Shown: positions 34,297 to 44,421 of the stretch, one piece after another | Layout of the letters: each line of letters opens with the position of its first letter | Position numbering within the stretch: the stretch's first letter is position 1 | Origin: Cyanidioschyzon merolae | Taxonomy: Eukaryota | Length of the DNA stretch: 64,000 nucleotides | NCBI GenBank assembly: GCA_000091205.1 | Contig: AP006498.2 | Reading direction: 5' to 3' (one strand) | Program-made: the position numbers and the translations under genes | Notes under the pieces: model-generated | Databases searched by the model: none | The model's input: only the letters and a program-made list of their open reading frames with translations | Told to the model about the DNA's origin: nothing

Positions 34297-35052
34297 ATGA
34301 AGCAAGCTGGAGTTCTGCTTGAGTTGCTGGCGATAAGCTCTGTTGCATCAGCCAAGGCAGCACAAGTTGCAGACAATCCGCCGACACAGCACACCAGCTG
34401 CCGAGCGGGGACTCCGTTCGCGAAAGTGACCGATAAAGCTCGTTTCGTAGTGCAAATAGGTACAACTAGTGGAAGCGAGCGGCTACCTCTTGTTATAGGG
34501 CTCTTCGGCACCGAGGCGCCTGAAGCGGTCGAGCGTTTCAAGCAACTCGTGGAACAGCGACTGGTGCATCACGGCCGACAACTCGGCTATTCGTATACAA
34601 CGGCGTCGCGCATCATACCTAACCAAAGGATTGAACTGGGTCGTATATCGCAACTGGAGGACTTGGCAACAGCTGATGGTGTCCCACTTCGCCCGAGGAT
34701 GCTGCTCTCCCCGGGGACCCGGGATCGTAACGCACTCCGGCATCGATGTGCTGGGACTGTATCGATTCCGCATGAGCCGGGACGCGGTTTCGAGTTTTGC
34801 ATTCTACCTGTTGATGTATCCGATGAGCATGCATTTGTTCAGGAGCTCGATGCGGAAAATGTTGTCATTGGCTGCGTGATCCAGGGTATGGATACCGTGC
34901 GCCAGCTCAACGAGATTCCAGTGAGTCGACCTACCCCGCGTGACATGCTGCGGCGAGTGGGGCAGGCCCTGGGCGACGTGCGTGCTCGCCAGGATCCAAC
35001 GTGGCGACCGCTGCGTAAAGTACGCATCCTGGAATGCTCCTTAATTCCCTAA
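34297..35052 (+). CDS. divergent cyclophilin-type peptidyl-prolyl isomerase-like protein with an N-terminal signal/transit-like peptide
   Basis: An internal Met gives 'MKQAGVLLELLAISSVASA', which is signal-like. The cyclophilin-like blocks are 'RFVVQIGTTSGSERLPLVIGLFGTEAPEAVERFKQLVE', 'AGTVSIPHEPGRGFEFCILP' and 'ENVVIGCVIQGMDTVRQLNEIP' (compare 'HVVFGKVIEGMDVVKKIE'). Confidence 0.5.
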   Translation: MKQAGVLLELLAISSVASAKAAQVADNPPTQHTSCRAGTPFAKVTDKARFVVQIGTTSGSERLPLVIGLFGTEAPEAVERFKQLVEQRLVHHGRQLGYSYTTASRIIPNQRIELGRISQLEDLATADGVPLRPRMLLSPGTRDRNALRHRCAGTVSIPHEPGRGFEFCILPVDVSDEHAFVQELDAENVVIGCVIQGMDTVRQLNEIPVSRPTPRDMLRRVGQALGDVRARQDPTWRPLRKVRILECSLIP

Positions 35053-36328
35053 GGGATTTGAAGAGATATGGTGATCTCGATTCACAGTGAGCGCGTCCAT
35101 GCATCCTGCTCAGCAAGGCACAGAGGATCTGGGCATTCGAATCTGCGCCAAATGATGGGAGAACAGCTCTTTCGGAGGGAGGACGTCCATGCTCGTGTAT
35201 GCACAGCTTCGATATCTGCTTCCATTTCCCTGAGGAGGGAGGATGCAAATTCAGGAACTTGTCCAAGACGCCGGGTGACGGCTTTATATGAGCGACGGCG
35301 TCGTTGTTTTTGCCTGTGTACATGTTGCGTGGATTCTTCTCCTCTAACGAGTAACAGAGCCTTGGTTGTTCGTCTTCCAAGGTGTTTGTTTAGCAAGCGA
35401 TACGTCTCGCAGAGGAACAGGAACGCAGTCTATATACAAATATGGGGTCAGTGGGAGTCTTCGTGAACCAGCAAGTCGTAAACATGAGACTCGTTTCATG
35501 CTACATGAAACAACGAGTCGATAGTTCGACACAGGGGAAACTTGGATCGTGCATAATTCACTGGAGAACTGAGTGTCAGGAACCGTCCTTTTTCAAGAAC
35601 CGTCTAGGGCAAGGCGGGAAGCGCAAGGGTGCGCTGCGTCCAAGGGCCTCGCGCAACTGGCGGCTGTCCCCCAGTGCCGACGAGGCAGCGATATGCCCCG
35701 ATACCATCTCAAAGTATATTGGAGCTCTGAAAACTCTTGCATATGAAATAGCTCGGGATTCAATCTCTCAACGCCAAGGCGGTATCCAGGTCAACAATGC
35801 ACCCGTCATCCGATCCGTTTATTGCCGGCAAACTGAAACGCGTCGCTTCGCCTGCGAAACGCTACCGCGAAGCTCGCTATGCACTGTCGGCATCCGACGA
35901 GTGACCGACGCGTCAAAAAACGCTCTTCGGGTGACACCTCCTTTTCATGGAACCAACCTGTCCGAGAGAAAGTTTCGGAGTACGGTCGCTTACGGCCTTG
36001 TCCTGGACCGCAGTAGACCCGGTGAAGCGGCACAAGTCAACAGCGCGTACTCCTTGCGCTCATCAGTTCTTGCACTATGTATACTTGGACACAGTGAGCG
36101 CACCCGCTCCGCCAGGGAACCGCAACGAACGTCCATACCTATTTTATGCAGCAGCTGGAAGCCTATGCGTGGGCTCGAACTGAGCCCACACACATCAGCT
36201 GTGAATCCCTCTGGCAGTCGGTCCGCTGACGCTCGTAAGCGGAGACCGCTCCACAGGCACTCAACAGGCCTGATGTCGGCAAATCACAGCCTACCTTTAA
36301 CCGTGCAAGTGACTAGCGCCACGGAACA

Positions 36329-39300
36329 ATGACGTGCAGTTGGGGACAGGTCGCACCCAGCGGCGCTCTTGCCTCAGCGCGAACGTCTAGCAGGTGCACT
36401 CGACTGCCCGTGTTCCAGTGGTGTGCGCAAGAGCCCGCTGCATTGAGCCTAGAGACACCGCCAAAAACCCTCTTTCGTATCACTGGCCCATATCCTGCTT
36501 GGGAGAGAGAGCGCATTCCTCTCGTCTGGCGTACGTGCAGCGGCAGCGGAAAGTGCCTACCCCAAAATACCGCTGCCGCCGTGGTTGCTTCCGCGACTCA
36601 CAACCTCAAGGCCTTCAAACGTTCTGGTTCCCTCGCGCGTCGGCTACGGCTCCTACGACTGTGTCTGCTGACGCAGCCTCTTACGGAAAACGTGCTCTGT
36701 CTTCCGCTCATGTCCGTGGAGGATGTGTCGGACATCGTTTTCGAAGAGGAGAAGCTGAAGTTTGTACAACTCGGCCGCCTCGCTGAACCTTCCATCCGAG
36801 CAGAGGCGGTGCAAAAACCCCGAGGTGTGCTCGATCTCGGAAAGTCTCTGGAAGCAGCTGCGCCAACAGCACCAACAGATGAGCTCTCGGAACGACACTA
36901 CCTCTGGCAGAACCATTGTGTAGTTGCAGCACCGTTGAATGTACTCCTTTTGGCCACTGAGGACCGTCTGGTTCGCCTGCCACTGGCAGAGACGCTTGCT
37001 GCCGCCCAGCAGTACCAGAAACCAGAGCTACTGCGGGAGAACCCGTTTCCCGAATGGGACGAGACCCTACCGGGCAAGAGTGGCCCAGCGAGCACCGTTC
37101 GTTCTGCTCCGTTTGATACGAACACGTTCGGTGCAGTCTGCGACTTGCAGGTAAACGTGGACCTGGCTGTTGTCGCTGTGAATACGACTCGGGGGCGGGT
37201 TCTCCTGTACACGCTCTCCGACTTGCGCTTGGCACGAGTGCTGCCAGATGCGTTTGATCGCTTATGGTGCTGGATACCGGAGACGCCGGCGGGTGCCGTG
37301 CTCACGAGACGAGCGGACCGTTGCGCAGCTGTGGTAGCAGACATCGTCGAAGCATCGACCAAAGCCCAAGTACTCGATGTACCCGCGGTACAGACACTCG
37401 TCATGGTTCCGGGGAGCAATGTTGTGCTGTGCCTCGTGTTCAAGAATCATCAGTGGAGCTGCGTTCGTCTCAGGGTGCGTAGCCAGAGCGTATCAGACGC
37501 TACAAACGTCACAGTGGATTCGCTGGACACGACCGTCTTGCAGACTGCAGGAAAGTTGCAGGCCATCTGCCGAATGACGCCTTTGAATGCCTCCGAGTTC
37601 ATCATCGCGTACACGGAGCAGGACAGTCTACTTGTGTCTCCGGATACGATCCAGTTCGCTCTGGTGCGTCTCGCTGGAGTCGAAACGTCCCTGCGCGGCA
37701 CGCCCGAAGCATCCCAGGTGACATCGTTTCGCGCCCCGCACTGGATCACTTTCGGAGAAGTCTGTCCCATTTTGTTGGATGATGAGGAGGATAGGAGCCG
37801 CTGGTTCACTTTCCTGGTGGCGCTCCCCGGATGGGGTCTTTGTGTGTGCGCGTTGGCACCTAGCGATGAACTGGAGCTTTTGGGAGATAGCCGCTTTCAA
37901 GAATCCGTGCCAGCTTGGCGTATTTTGCGTCCGCCTGACGCGTACCGAGCACAGTTACCCGCTTTCGAGAACAGTGAGTATGTGCGGATTCTCGGCATGG
38001 ATGTGTTCTACCGAAAGAGCAGTGCGAGCGGGGACACACCCAGCGCTGAGGTTTTCGAGCCACTCCTTGTCGTCTTTACGAACAACGGACTTGTACATTG
38101 GTTTTGTCTCCAGGGACGGGAGCGTTGTGCTGAGCGTCCCCCTCGAGAAAAAACATGGGCTCGTGCACCCTTCTCGAAACGCTTGCTTACGTTGCCGCCG
38201 GCCACGACGACGACTTTGGAACTGCGTGAATCTGCATTGGACGATGTTGCGGCATCGCGGCGAGTCCCTGCTGCTGCGGACGTTGCCACGAGTACCGGTA
38301 CGGCCACTAGGGCTCCTAGAGATGTTGCCACTGCCACCGGAACTGAAGGCGCTACTACCCGGACTGGTACGCATGCGACTGCCGCATGGAACCAAGCACC
38401 CCCGCGGATGGAAATGTCGCTATCCGAATCCACGTCAGGAGCGCTCCCTGAGCAAGGCAGACATCAGATAGATCCGGAACGTTCCGTTTTAGGCTCTAGA
38501 CAAGAGACGGAGTACCTGAAGCATTCAGCGGAACACCGCACGCATTTTTCGAGCGAAGCCAGCCGAGCGGAACAGCACCAGCTCGTGAAATCCATCCTGC
38601 AGCTTGGTGTCACGGACACAGAGGCGGTACCAGTTCCCGACGCAGATATCCGTCATGACGATGAACAAAACATATTGAAACAAATTCGTGAACAACAGCG
38701 ATTCATGCTGCGACAGATGTGGGCGACCGTGGATCAGTTCGCACGGCTGGTTGACTTGTTTTCCGATCAAGTCGAGGAACAATCGTCTCGAATGGACGCT
38801 TCGCCACAGCACGCCGCCCAGACGGCGTCGACACGCTCGCTACAGAGCCTCAGTGAACAAATTCATGACATTCTGAAACAGAGCAACGAATGTCTTGATC
38901 AGTGTGCGGCATCCATAGGGCTTGTCTGGAAACAGGTGGCACCGCTCGAGCGTCAAGTTCAGCTGATGCAGCGGGAAGCTACCTTATCGGTTGCGTCCAC
39001 GGACTCGGACCTTGCACTCGATTCCTCGACCAGGCGGTTCCTTCAACACGTGCACCAGATTGAACGTCAGGCGGAACGAGTGCAGGAGATGGTGGACCAC
39101 CTTGAACGCCTCCTGAGGAGTAGGCACGGGGGCGCGAGTTTGTCATCACACCAACGGACTCTGTCATCAACCGGCGTCACGGAAGCGATGGGACAATTAC
39201 GATACCAATACGGGGAACGGCTGCGGCAGCTGTACGAGACGCTCTTCCGATGCAGCGTAGCCACTGCGCAAGCGGAGCAAGCATGGGAAGCCCTTGCAGC

Positions 39301-41521
39301 GCGAGCACAACGCATCTCCGAACTGTTACAGGATGAGAGGTTGCCGGCAGCACGGGCGGCGCTCCAGCGACTACTCTCACAGAACGACGACCAGGAACAG
39401 CAGTTTTACTCGGAGTTGTTCGCAGACAAGTTTCTGGTGCCACCAGGTGCACCCCTGTTGAGGAACGCACCCGACACCAGTTCCGACAGCAGAGCGAGCC
39501 CGACGTTCCCCAGAGCTGAGACGACGCTTCCGTCGTCGCTGCGATGCAGTCGTAGTGCCTTGCAAAACAGAGTGCGGCAAGCACTGCGTCATCAAGCATT
39601 GAAACAAGGTCGTGATGCTATTGGTCTCGCGGGGCTGCAAACAATTCAGCACTACGCGAGGAGCTGGAGTGTCTCATCAACCCCGGATCCGTCACCAGGG
39701 GCTTCCTTGTCACGTTCGTGTCGTCGCAGCGAGCCTCCTAGCAGCCAGACCAGATCACCGTCGCAGCGTCTCGAGTTGCGACAGACAGCAGATGCGAAAA
39801 CTTTCCCCGAGGGAGCGTCCGTCGCTCATGCATCTGCAGCAGCAGTTACCGTCACTGGAACCCAAGCACGCGATCCGGGTATGCATCCTGATCGGAAAGC
39901 AGACGAGATATCTGTGCGAAGGACACTTTCGATCGAGCGACCAGGTGCTGGTGAAATAGGATCGGAGCATCCCAGTGCTTCATCGTCGATCACGGTGCCA
40001 TGGCGTTTGAAAACGCCGTCGCAAGCGTCCGCCAGTCAAGCGCCTGCCTCCAATGATGCTCCTGCTACCTCTAATGACGCCCAACGTGTACGGCCTCAGA
40101 ATGGGATCGCATCGTCGAGAGAGCAAGCGCCGGAGCAGCTCGGTCATGATCTGAACCCTCTGGCGAAAGAGCAACACCGAGGGAAAGCAGCGAACGCTGG
40201 TTTCGAAGATGCGCTGCAAGCGGTATCTAGTCTCGAGATGTCCAGCAAAACAGAAAGCAAGACGCCGCGCGATACCTGCCAGCCATCTGCCGATATTGAA
40301 GCGAAACCAGCAACAGGCACCGGACTCCAGGAAACAGCACAACGGAAATCTGCAGGTTCACCAGTGCAAGTTTCCTGGACCAGAACACCGCAGAGCTCGC
40401 AGCCGCTCGAGGCTTACCCGAGTACGTCGTTTCGAAGCACTGCTGCTGCTGCTGCTGCTGCTGCCGGCAAGTTTGACGCCAATGAACGCAGCGATACGAA
40501 TTTGCCTGTATCTCGTTTACCAGAGGAAACGGAACCTGAACAAGCCAAAAGCGAGACTTGGGCATCGAAACACGCGGAACAAACGCTTGCTTCCGATACC
40601 CAAACCGCAGCGCAGCGTATAGAAACGACCACATCGCTCATGATGCAGCCAGGCGTTGCATCGACAAAGCCAGAGCCGAGGACGAAAGACATCACCGCAA
40701 GCGCCTCCACTGAAGACGACACCAACAGTCGGATAGATCGTGCATCGGACTCGGTAGCGCTGGCATTGTCGCCATCGTCAGCACCGAGCGCAACGCAAGC
40801 GCCAACACCCGTCGTACCCGGGAAGCAGTCCAGTGAAACCGGTGCCGCCAATCTACCAGCGTTACCCGCCTCTACGCCTTTCGAGGGCATACATGCGTCA
40901 GAGAACGTACCACAGGTGCCTGAGGGTGCTCGTGCCGCCATCCAGTTCGGGCTGGTGCATCGTGAGCCTCCAGAGCGCCCCGCAGCACAGCATACCACCT
41001 CGACGACTGGGTTCTTCGCGGGCCCATCGGTGTTCACGAATCAAGCTCCGAAACCAGTATTCGGTGCACCTTCTACCCTGGGGAGTGGGTTTGGGTTCAA
41101 TGCACTGACACCGGGGTTTCCAGCTGCAAGCAGCAGCAGCAGCAGCAGCAGCAGCATCCCAAGTACAGCGAGTTCGGTATTCGCCGCGCCTGCTACGACC
41201 TCACCTGTGACGTTTGGTCAGTCGCTGGGCACGGGTACCGGAACGCCGCTGTCGTTTGGGGCACTCGCACAGGCACCGCAACCTCCGAGTAACCCGTTTG
41301 GAGCACAGCCTGCTACACCAGGTGCGTTCGGAGCCCAGGGGCCAACGAACCCTCGTCCAGTGGGGTTTGGGTTCGCCACTGTTGGCGCCCCGAACGACGC
41401 GGTATCCACTGGGAGCCAGCCGCCCCGTGACAACACCAGTTGGTTCGGTGGCGTATCGGCTGCAGCTGGAACGAATCGCCGTCCGCTGCAGTCACCAGCT
41501 TTCACCCAACGTCGAGCTTGA
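36329..41521 (+). CDS. FG-repeat nucleoporin (Nup214/Nup159-like architecture)
   Basis: 1730 aa. The N-terminal ~600 aa is structured. A central region has long coiled coils ('QVQLMQREATL...ERQAERVQEMVDHLERLL'). A Ser/Thr/Pro-rich linker follows. The C-terminus has FG/GFGF repeats ('VFGAPSTLGSGFGFNALTPGFPAASSSSSSSSSIPS...FGALAQAPQPPSNPFGAQPATPGAFGAQGPTNPRPVGFGFATVGAP'). Confidence 0.6.
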   Translation: MTCSWGQVAPSGALASARTSSRCTRLPVFQWCAQEPAALSLETPPKTLFRITGPYPAWERERIPLVWRTCSGSGKCLPQNTAAAVVASATHNLKAFKRSGSLARRLRLLRLCLLTQPLTENVLCLPLMSVEDVSDIVFEEEKLKFVQLGRLAEPSIRAEAVQKPRGVLDLGKSLEAAAPTAPTDELSERHYLWQNHCVVAAPLNVLLLATEDRLVRLPLAETLAAAQQYQKPELLRENPFPEWDETLPGKSGPASTVRSAPFDTNTFGAVCDLQVNVDLAVVAVNTTRGRVLLYTLSDLRLARVLPDAFDRLWCWIPETPAGAVLTRRADRCAAVVADIVEASTKAQVLDVPAVQTLVMVPGSNVVLCLVFKNHQWSCVRLRVRSQSVSDATNVTVDSLDTTVLQTAGKLQAICRMTPLNASEFIIAYTEQDSLLVSPDTIQFALVRLAGVETSLRGTPEASQVTSFRAPHWITFGEVCPILLDDEEDRSRWFTFLVALPGWGLCVCALAPSDELELLGDSRFQESVPAWRILRPPDAYRAQLPAFENSEYVRILGMDVFYRKSSASGDTPSAEVFEPLLVVFTNNGLVHWFCLQGRERCAERPPREKTWARAPFSKRLLTLPPATTTTLELRESALDDVAASRRVPAAADVATSTGTATRAPRDVATATGTEGATTRTGTHATAAWNQAPPRMEMSLSESTSGALPEQGRHQIDPERSVLGSRQETEYLKHSAEHRTHFSSEASRAEQHQLVKSILQLGVTDTEAVPVPDADIRHDDEQNILKQIREQQRFMLRQMWATVDQFARLVDLFSDQVEEQSSRMDASPQHAAQTASTRSLQSLSEQIHDILKQSNECLDQCAASIGLVWKQVAPLERQVQLMQREATLSVASTDSDLALDSSTRRFLQHVHQIERQAERVQEMVDHLERLLRSRHGGASLSSHQRTLSSTGVTEAMGQLRYQYGERLRQLYETLFRCSVATAQAEQAWEALAARAQRISELLQDERLPAARAALQRLLSQNDDQEQQFYSELFADKFLVPPGAPLLRNAPDTSSDSRASPTFPRAETTLPSSLRCSRSALQNRVRQALRHQALKQGRDAIGLAGLQTIQHYARSWSVSSTPDPSPGASLSRSCRRSEPPSSQTRSPSQRLELRQTADAKTFPEGASVAHASAAAVTVTGTQARDPGMHPDRKADEISVRRTLSIERPGAGEIGSEHPSASSSITVPWRLKTPSQASASQAPASNDAPATSNDAQRVRPQNGIASSREQAPEQLGHDLNPLAKEQHRGKAANAGFEDALQAVSSLEMSSKTESKTPRDTCQPSADIEAKPATGTGLQETAQRKSAGSPVQVSWTRTPQSSQPLEAYPSTSFRSTAAAAAAAAGKFDANERSDTNLPVSRLPEETEPEQAKSETWASKHAEQTLASDTQTAAQRIETTTSLMMQPGVASTKPEPRTKDITASASTEDDTNSRIDRASDSVALALSPSSAPSATQAPTPVVPGKQSSETGAANLPALPASTPFEGIHASENVPQVPEGARAAIQFGLVHREPPERPAAQHTTSTTGFFAGPSVFTNQAPKPVFGAPSTLGSGFGFNALTPGFPAASSSSSSSSSIPSTASSVFAAPATTSPVTFGQSLGTGTGTPLSFGALAQAPQPPSNPFGAQPATPGAFGAQGPTNPRPVGFGFATVGAPNDAVSTGSQPPRDNTSWFGGVSAAAGTNRRPLQSPAFTQRRA

Positions 41522-42063
41522 GCGGATGCAACGTTTCTTGCTCCTGCTCAGCGGGTACAGCGCACCCCGTCTAGTACGAGGAAACAGTGAGCGCGTCTGT
41601 ATCCCAGACTGCTGCTGCTTCGGATACGTCCAGGGCAGCATCGGTTATGTTCGCGGGCGCACGATACGTTCTACGTTGAACGACTTGCTTAAAGTCATGT
41701 TTCGTTCTCCTCCTTGTTCTGCTTCTTAACCGAGGGCGTGGTGCGTCCGTCCATGTCCGTGCCAAGGGCGGTTCATGCGCCTTCGGCACCGAAATCCAGG
41801 TGCATCACATCGTTCCACGCTTGTGACAGTATGCTTGGACGCAACCAAGGTACCGCTACTGAACGAGACACGGTACTGGAACGTGGTCATTTCCTACAGC
41901 AGGGGCAGCGTGTCACCCACAAAAGGTCCATCCGCGGTTCGTAGCGACCTTTTTTCGCACGCTCAACCGAGCATACATCTCCTAGGTTTGTGCTGTGGGT
42001 GCCTCTGAGGACAAAAGCTCCAAACGTGAGAAGCTTGAGGCGTTGGCAGTGCCGTTCATCGCC

Positions 42064-43197
42064 TTATGAGGACCATCTTCGTTTCGCAGCCTCTTGGTCA
42101 GGCTGCCAATACCAGCTGGGTGCCTGCAAACGCTCTAATGCGGCCGGGTTGTAACGATAGTTCAGAAACAGTTCTTCATCCTGCAAATCGCGCAAAGCGA
42201 TGAGAACGACGCCCGGAATTTCGGTTAGAGACATGTTATCCTGGTGCCCAAGCGAATCGAACCAGTGGCGAAACCGAGACCAGAGCATCGACGTAGGTCC
42301 AAGTATCCCGGATGACAGCTGCCGATACTTCGTAAATAGTCGATTGGGGATAAAGGAAAGCAGGCTCGGTTCCAGACGCTGCAAATCGAAATTCCATGCA
42401 CAAGGCATGACGTTCGCTTCCCGTCCTCGAGGCGGGTGGTTAACGCGGTGACCCAGCGCGTACGGGTTGAGGCCCACCCAACACTCATGGAGCGATTCAG
42501 TTTGCCGCGTATGTCGGACAACGCTCTCAAGTGCATGATCAAGGATCGGTATATTCATGAGCCCACGTGACACTTCGAGGTTCGGATTTGCGTCGACAAT
42601 TACACGATCGTAGCGGGCGAATAGGTACGGATTCTGGGCTGTGATGTACGGGTACCCGGGTATCGAGGTCCAGTGCCGGACCCTGTACGCAATGCCCGGA
42701 TAGAATGCAACAACGGAACCCATGCGGGCGTGCCCGTTCAAGATGACACCATATCCTGCATTGACATTGGATTGGCTCGGGCGCAAACTCAAGGTGAAGG
42801 CTGGCCCGCTCGTAGCCGCAGAGGCGCTAGTTGGCATACTCGCTGCTGCTGCAAGTAGATTGTGTACTTGACGTGCATTGACCCGTTCTATCAAGCGTGA
42901 CTGGGCGCCCTGATCATCAAGTATGTGCTGTGGAGAGTCTGTCTTCATTTCGAGAGAAGCGGAATGCTTCCAAACCGATAAGGCACGGCGAAACATGAGG
43001 AGTGGACTGCTTGCGCGCGTTGCCTGCTCCGCCGACGAAACTATTTCCTGAGCGAGCGCCCGCGCCTGTTCGAAGCCTTTTTCATAAGATACTGCGAGAA
43101 GAAAGAGCTGCATGTTATCGCGTTGGTGTTGTAGCTCGCGCCAGTTCGTCTGGCGCTCGCTCAGCGCGTCGACGAGACGCGTCCATAGCCGTCGCAT
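42064..43197 (-). CDS. SET-domain protein (putative lysine methyltransferase)
   Basis: 'GYGVILNGHARMGSVVAFYPG' is SET-N-like. 'NHPPRGREANV' aligns with the NHSCxPN motif. 'DEELFLNYRYNP' aligns with the GEELtfdY SET-C motif. Confidence 0.45.
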   Translation of the reverse strand: MRRLWTRLVDALSERQTNWRELQHQRDNMQLFLLAVSYEKGFEQARALAQEIVSSAEQATRASSPLLMFRRALSVWKHSASLEMKTDSPQHILDDQGAQSRLIERVNARQVHNLLAAAASMPTSASAATSGPAFTLSLRPSQSNVNAGYGVILNGHARMGSVVAFYPGIAYRVRHWTSIPGYPYITAQNPYLFARYDRVIVDANPNLEVSRGLMNIPILDHALESVVRHTRQTESLHECWVGLNPYALGHRVNHPPRGREANVMPCAWNFDLQRLEPSLLSFIPNRLFTKYRQLSSGILGPTSMLWSRFRHWFDSLGHQDNMSLTEIPGVVLIALRDLQDEELFLNYRYNPAALERLQAPSWYWQPDQEAAKRRWSS

Positions 43198-43595
43198 GCT
43201 ATCCGGTGTCGTGGCGATTCAAAGGTTTCGACCGCTCTGTGTTAGCCAACGGGTAAAACGTAAACAATCTGAGGGATCAATGGAAAATCCCACTCTAAGG
43301 TTCACGGAGCAGTGACCTGCTCGAACCTCGAACGCCAGGCAGAAGCTACATAAGCACAAGGCCACGGGACGAAGAAGCGCTGCCCAGACCCGCGTGTACT
43401 TCCGACAGCCAGCGCTCGCGTACAGATCCAAGACTTTTTCATAGAACCATACGTCAAACTAGTGTTATTCTAGAGACGTGCCGTTAGCATTGGCAACGCT
43501 TGGTGGAGCGCTAGCGTGCGCTTGTATTGTATGGACGGCAAATGGACTGGAGTGTATTCGGGTGCGGGGTACACGCGCGAACGACGTTGCTTGCG

Positions 43596-43925
43596 CAGAC
43601 AATCAGAATGTCCGTCTCGTTCTATAAACTACTGGTATGAACGTCTCTGCGAGTCGCTTGTCGTCAGGATGTCCGTCTCTTTCCATAAAATACAGGTATG
43701 GCAAGTTTCTACTTGCCGCTTGTCGTCAGAATGTCCGTCTCTTTCCATAAAATACAGGTATGGCAAGTTTCTACTTGCCGCTTGTCGTCAGAATGTCCGT
43801 CTCTTTCCATAAAATACAGGTATGGCAAGTTTCTACTTGCCGCTTGTCGTCAGAATGTCCGTCTCTTTCCATAAAATACAGGTATGGCAAGTTTCTACTT
43901 GCCGCTTGTCGTCAGAATGTCCGTT
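43596..43925. repeat. 62-bp tandem repeat, ~5 copies
   Basis: The unit is 'cgcttgtcgtcagaatgtccgtctctttccataaaatacaggtatggcaagtttctacttgc'. The first copy is degenerate and four are near-perfect. Track ORFs 43516/43760/43822 are artefacts of the repeat. Confidence 0.9.
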
Positions 43926-44421
43926 TATTCAAGCAAATTTCATATATGCATCATTTCGAGGAGTCGGTGAAATCGTCCGTTGTTCGCCGCGCACGCATCC
44001 TGGCGTTCGGGATGCGCGCGGCGTTCGCGCAATCTTCGGACGGCTCATGTTATGATCGAGTTTCCCCGCTGATGTTCCGGAACAAGTAGTCAGATGTTTC
44101 CCATCCCTACCACTGGACCACGTCAAATCAAATGTACTCGTTTATACAGCATAATTTTGATCAAGTTCCATGACATGTGAAACGCAAACTGAGCCGCGTA
44201 CGCTTCTTGGTTCCGAGGCCTCTGGTATCTATCGGTCCGTGCTGAGCAGCTCACAAGCACATGAAGACCAGTTTCGGTTCGTCGACGCTGTACCGCGTCA
44301 TGCGGCGGGGCGCGATAGCGCTTCTAGTTCAGCCCTGCAATGAGGTCGGCCTAGCACTTCACGGTTCTTGGGCGTTCTTGGGCATGATTTAAATATTTAC
44401 GCGACAAATCTAGACGACTCG

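Noticed and set aside
43516-44089. Track ORFs 43516..43812, 43760..44089 and 43822..44055, which encode near-identical peptides
   Set aside because: They are translation artefacts of the 62-bp tandem repeat. 62 is not a multiple of 3, so the frames rotate through the same sequence.
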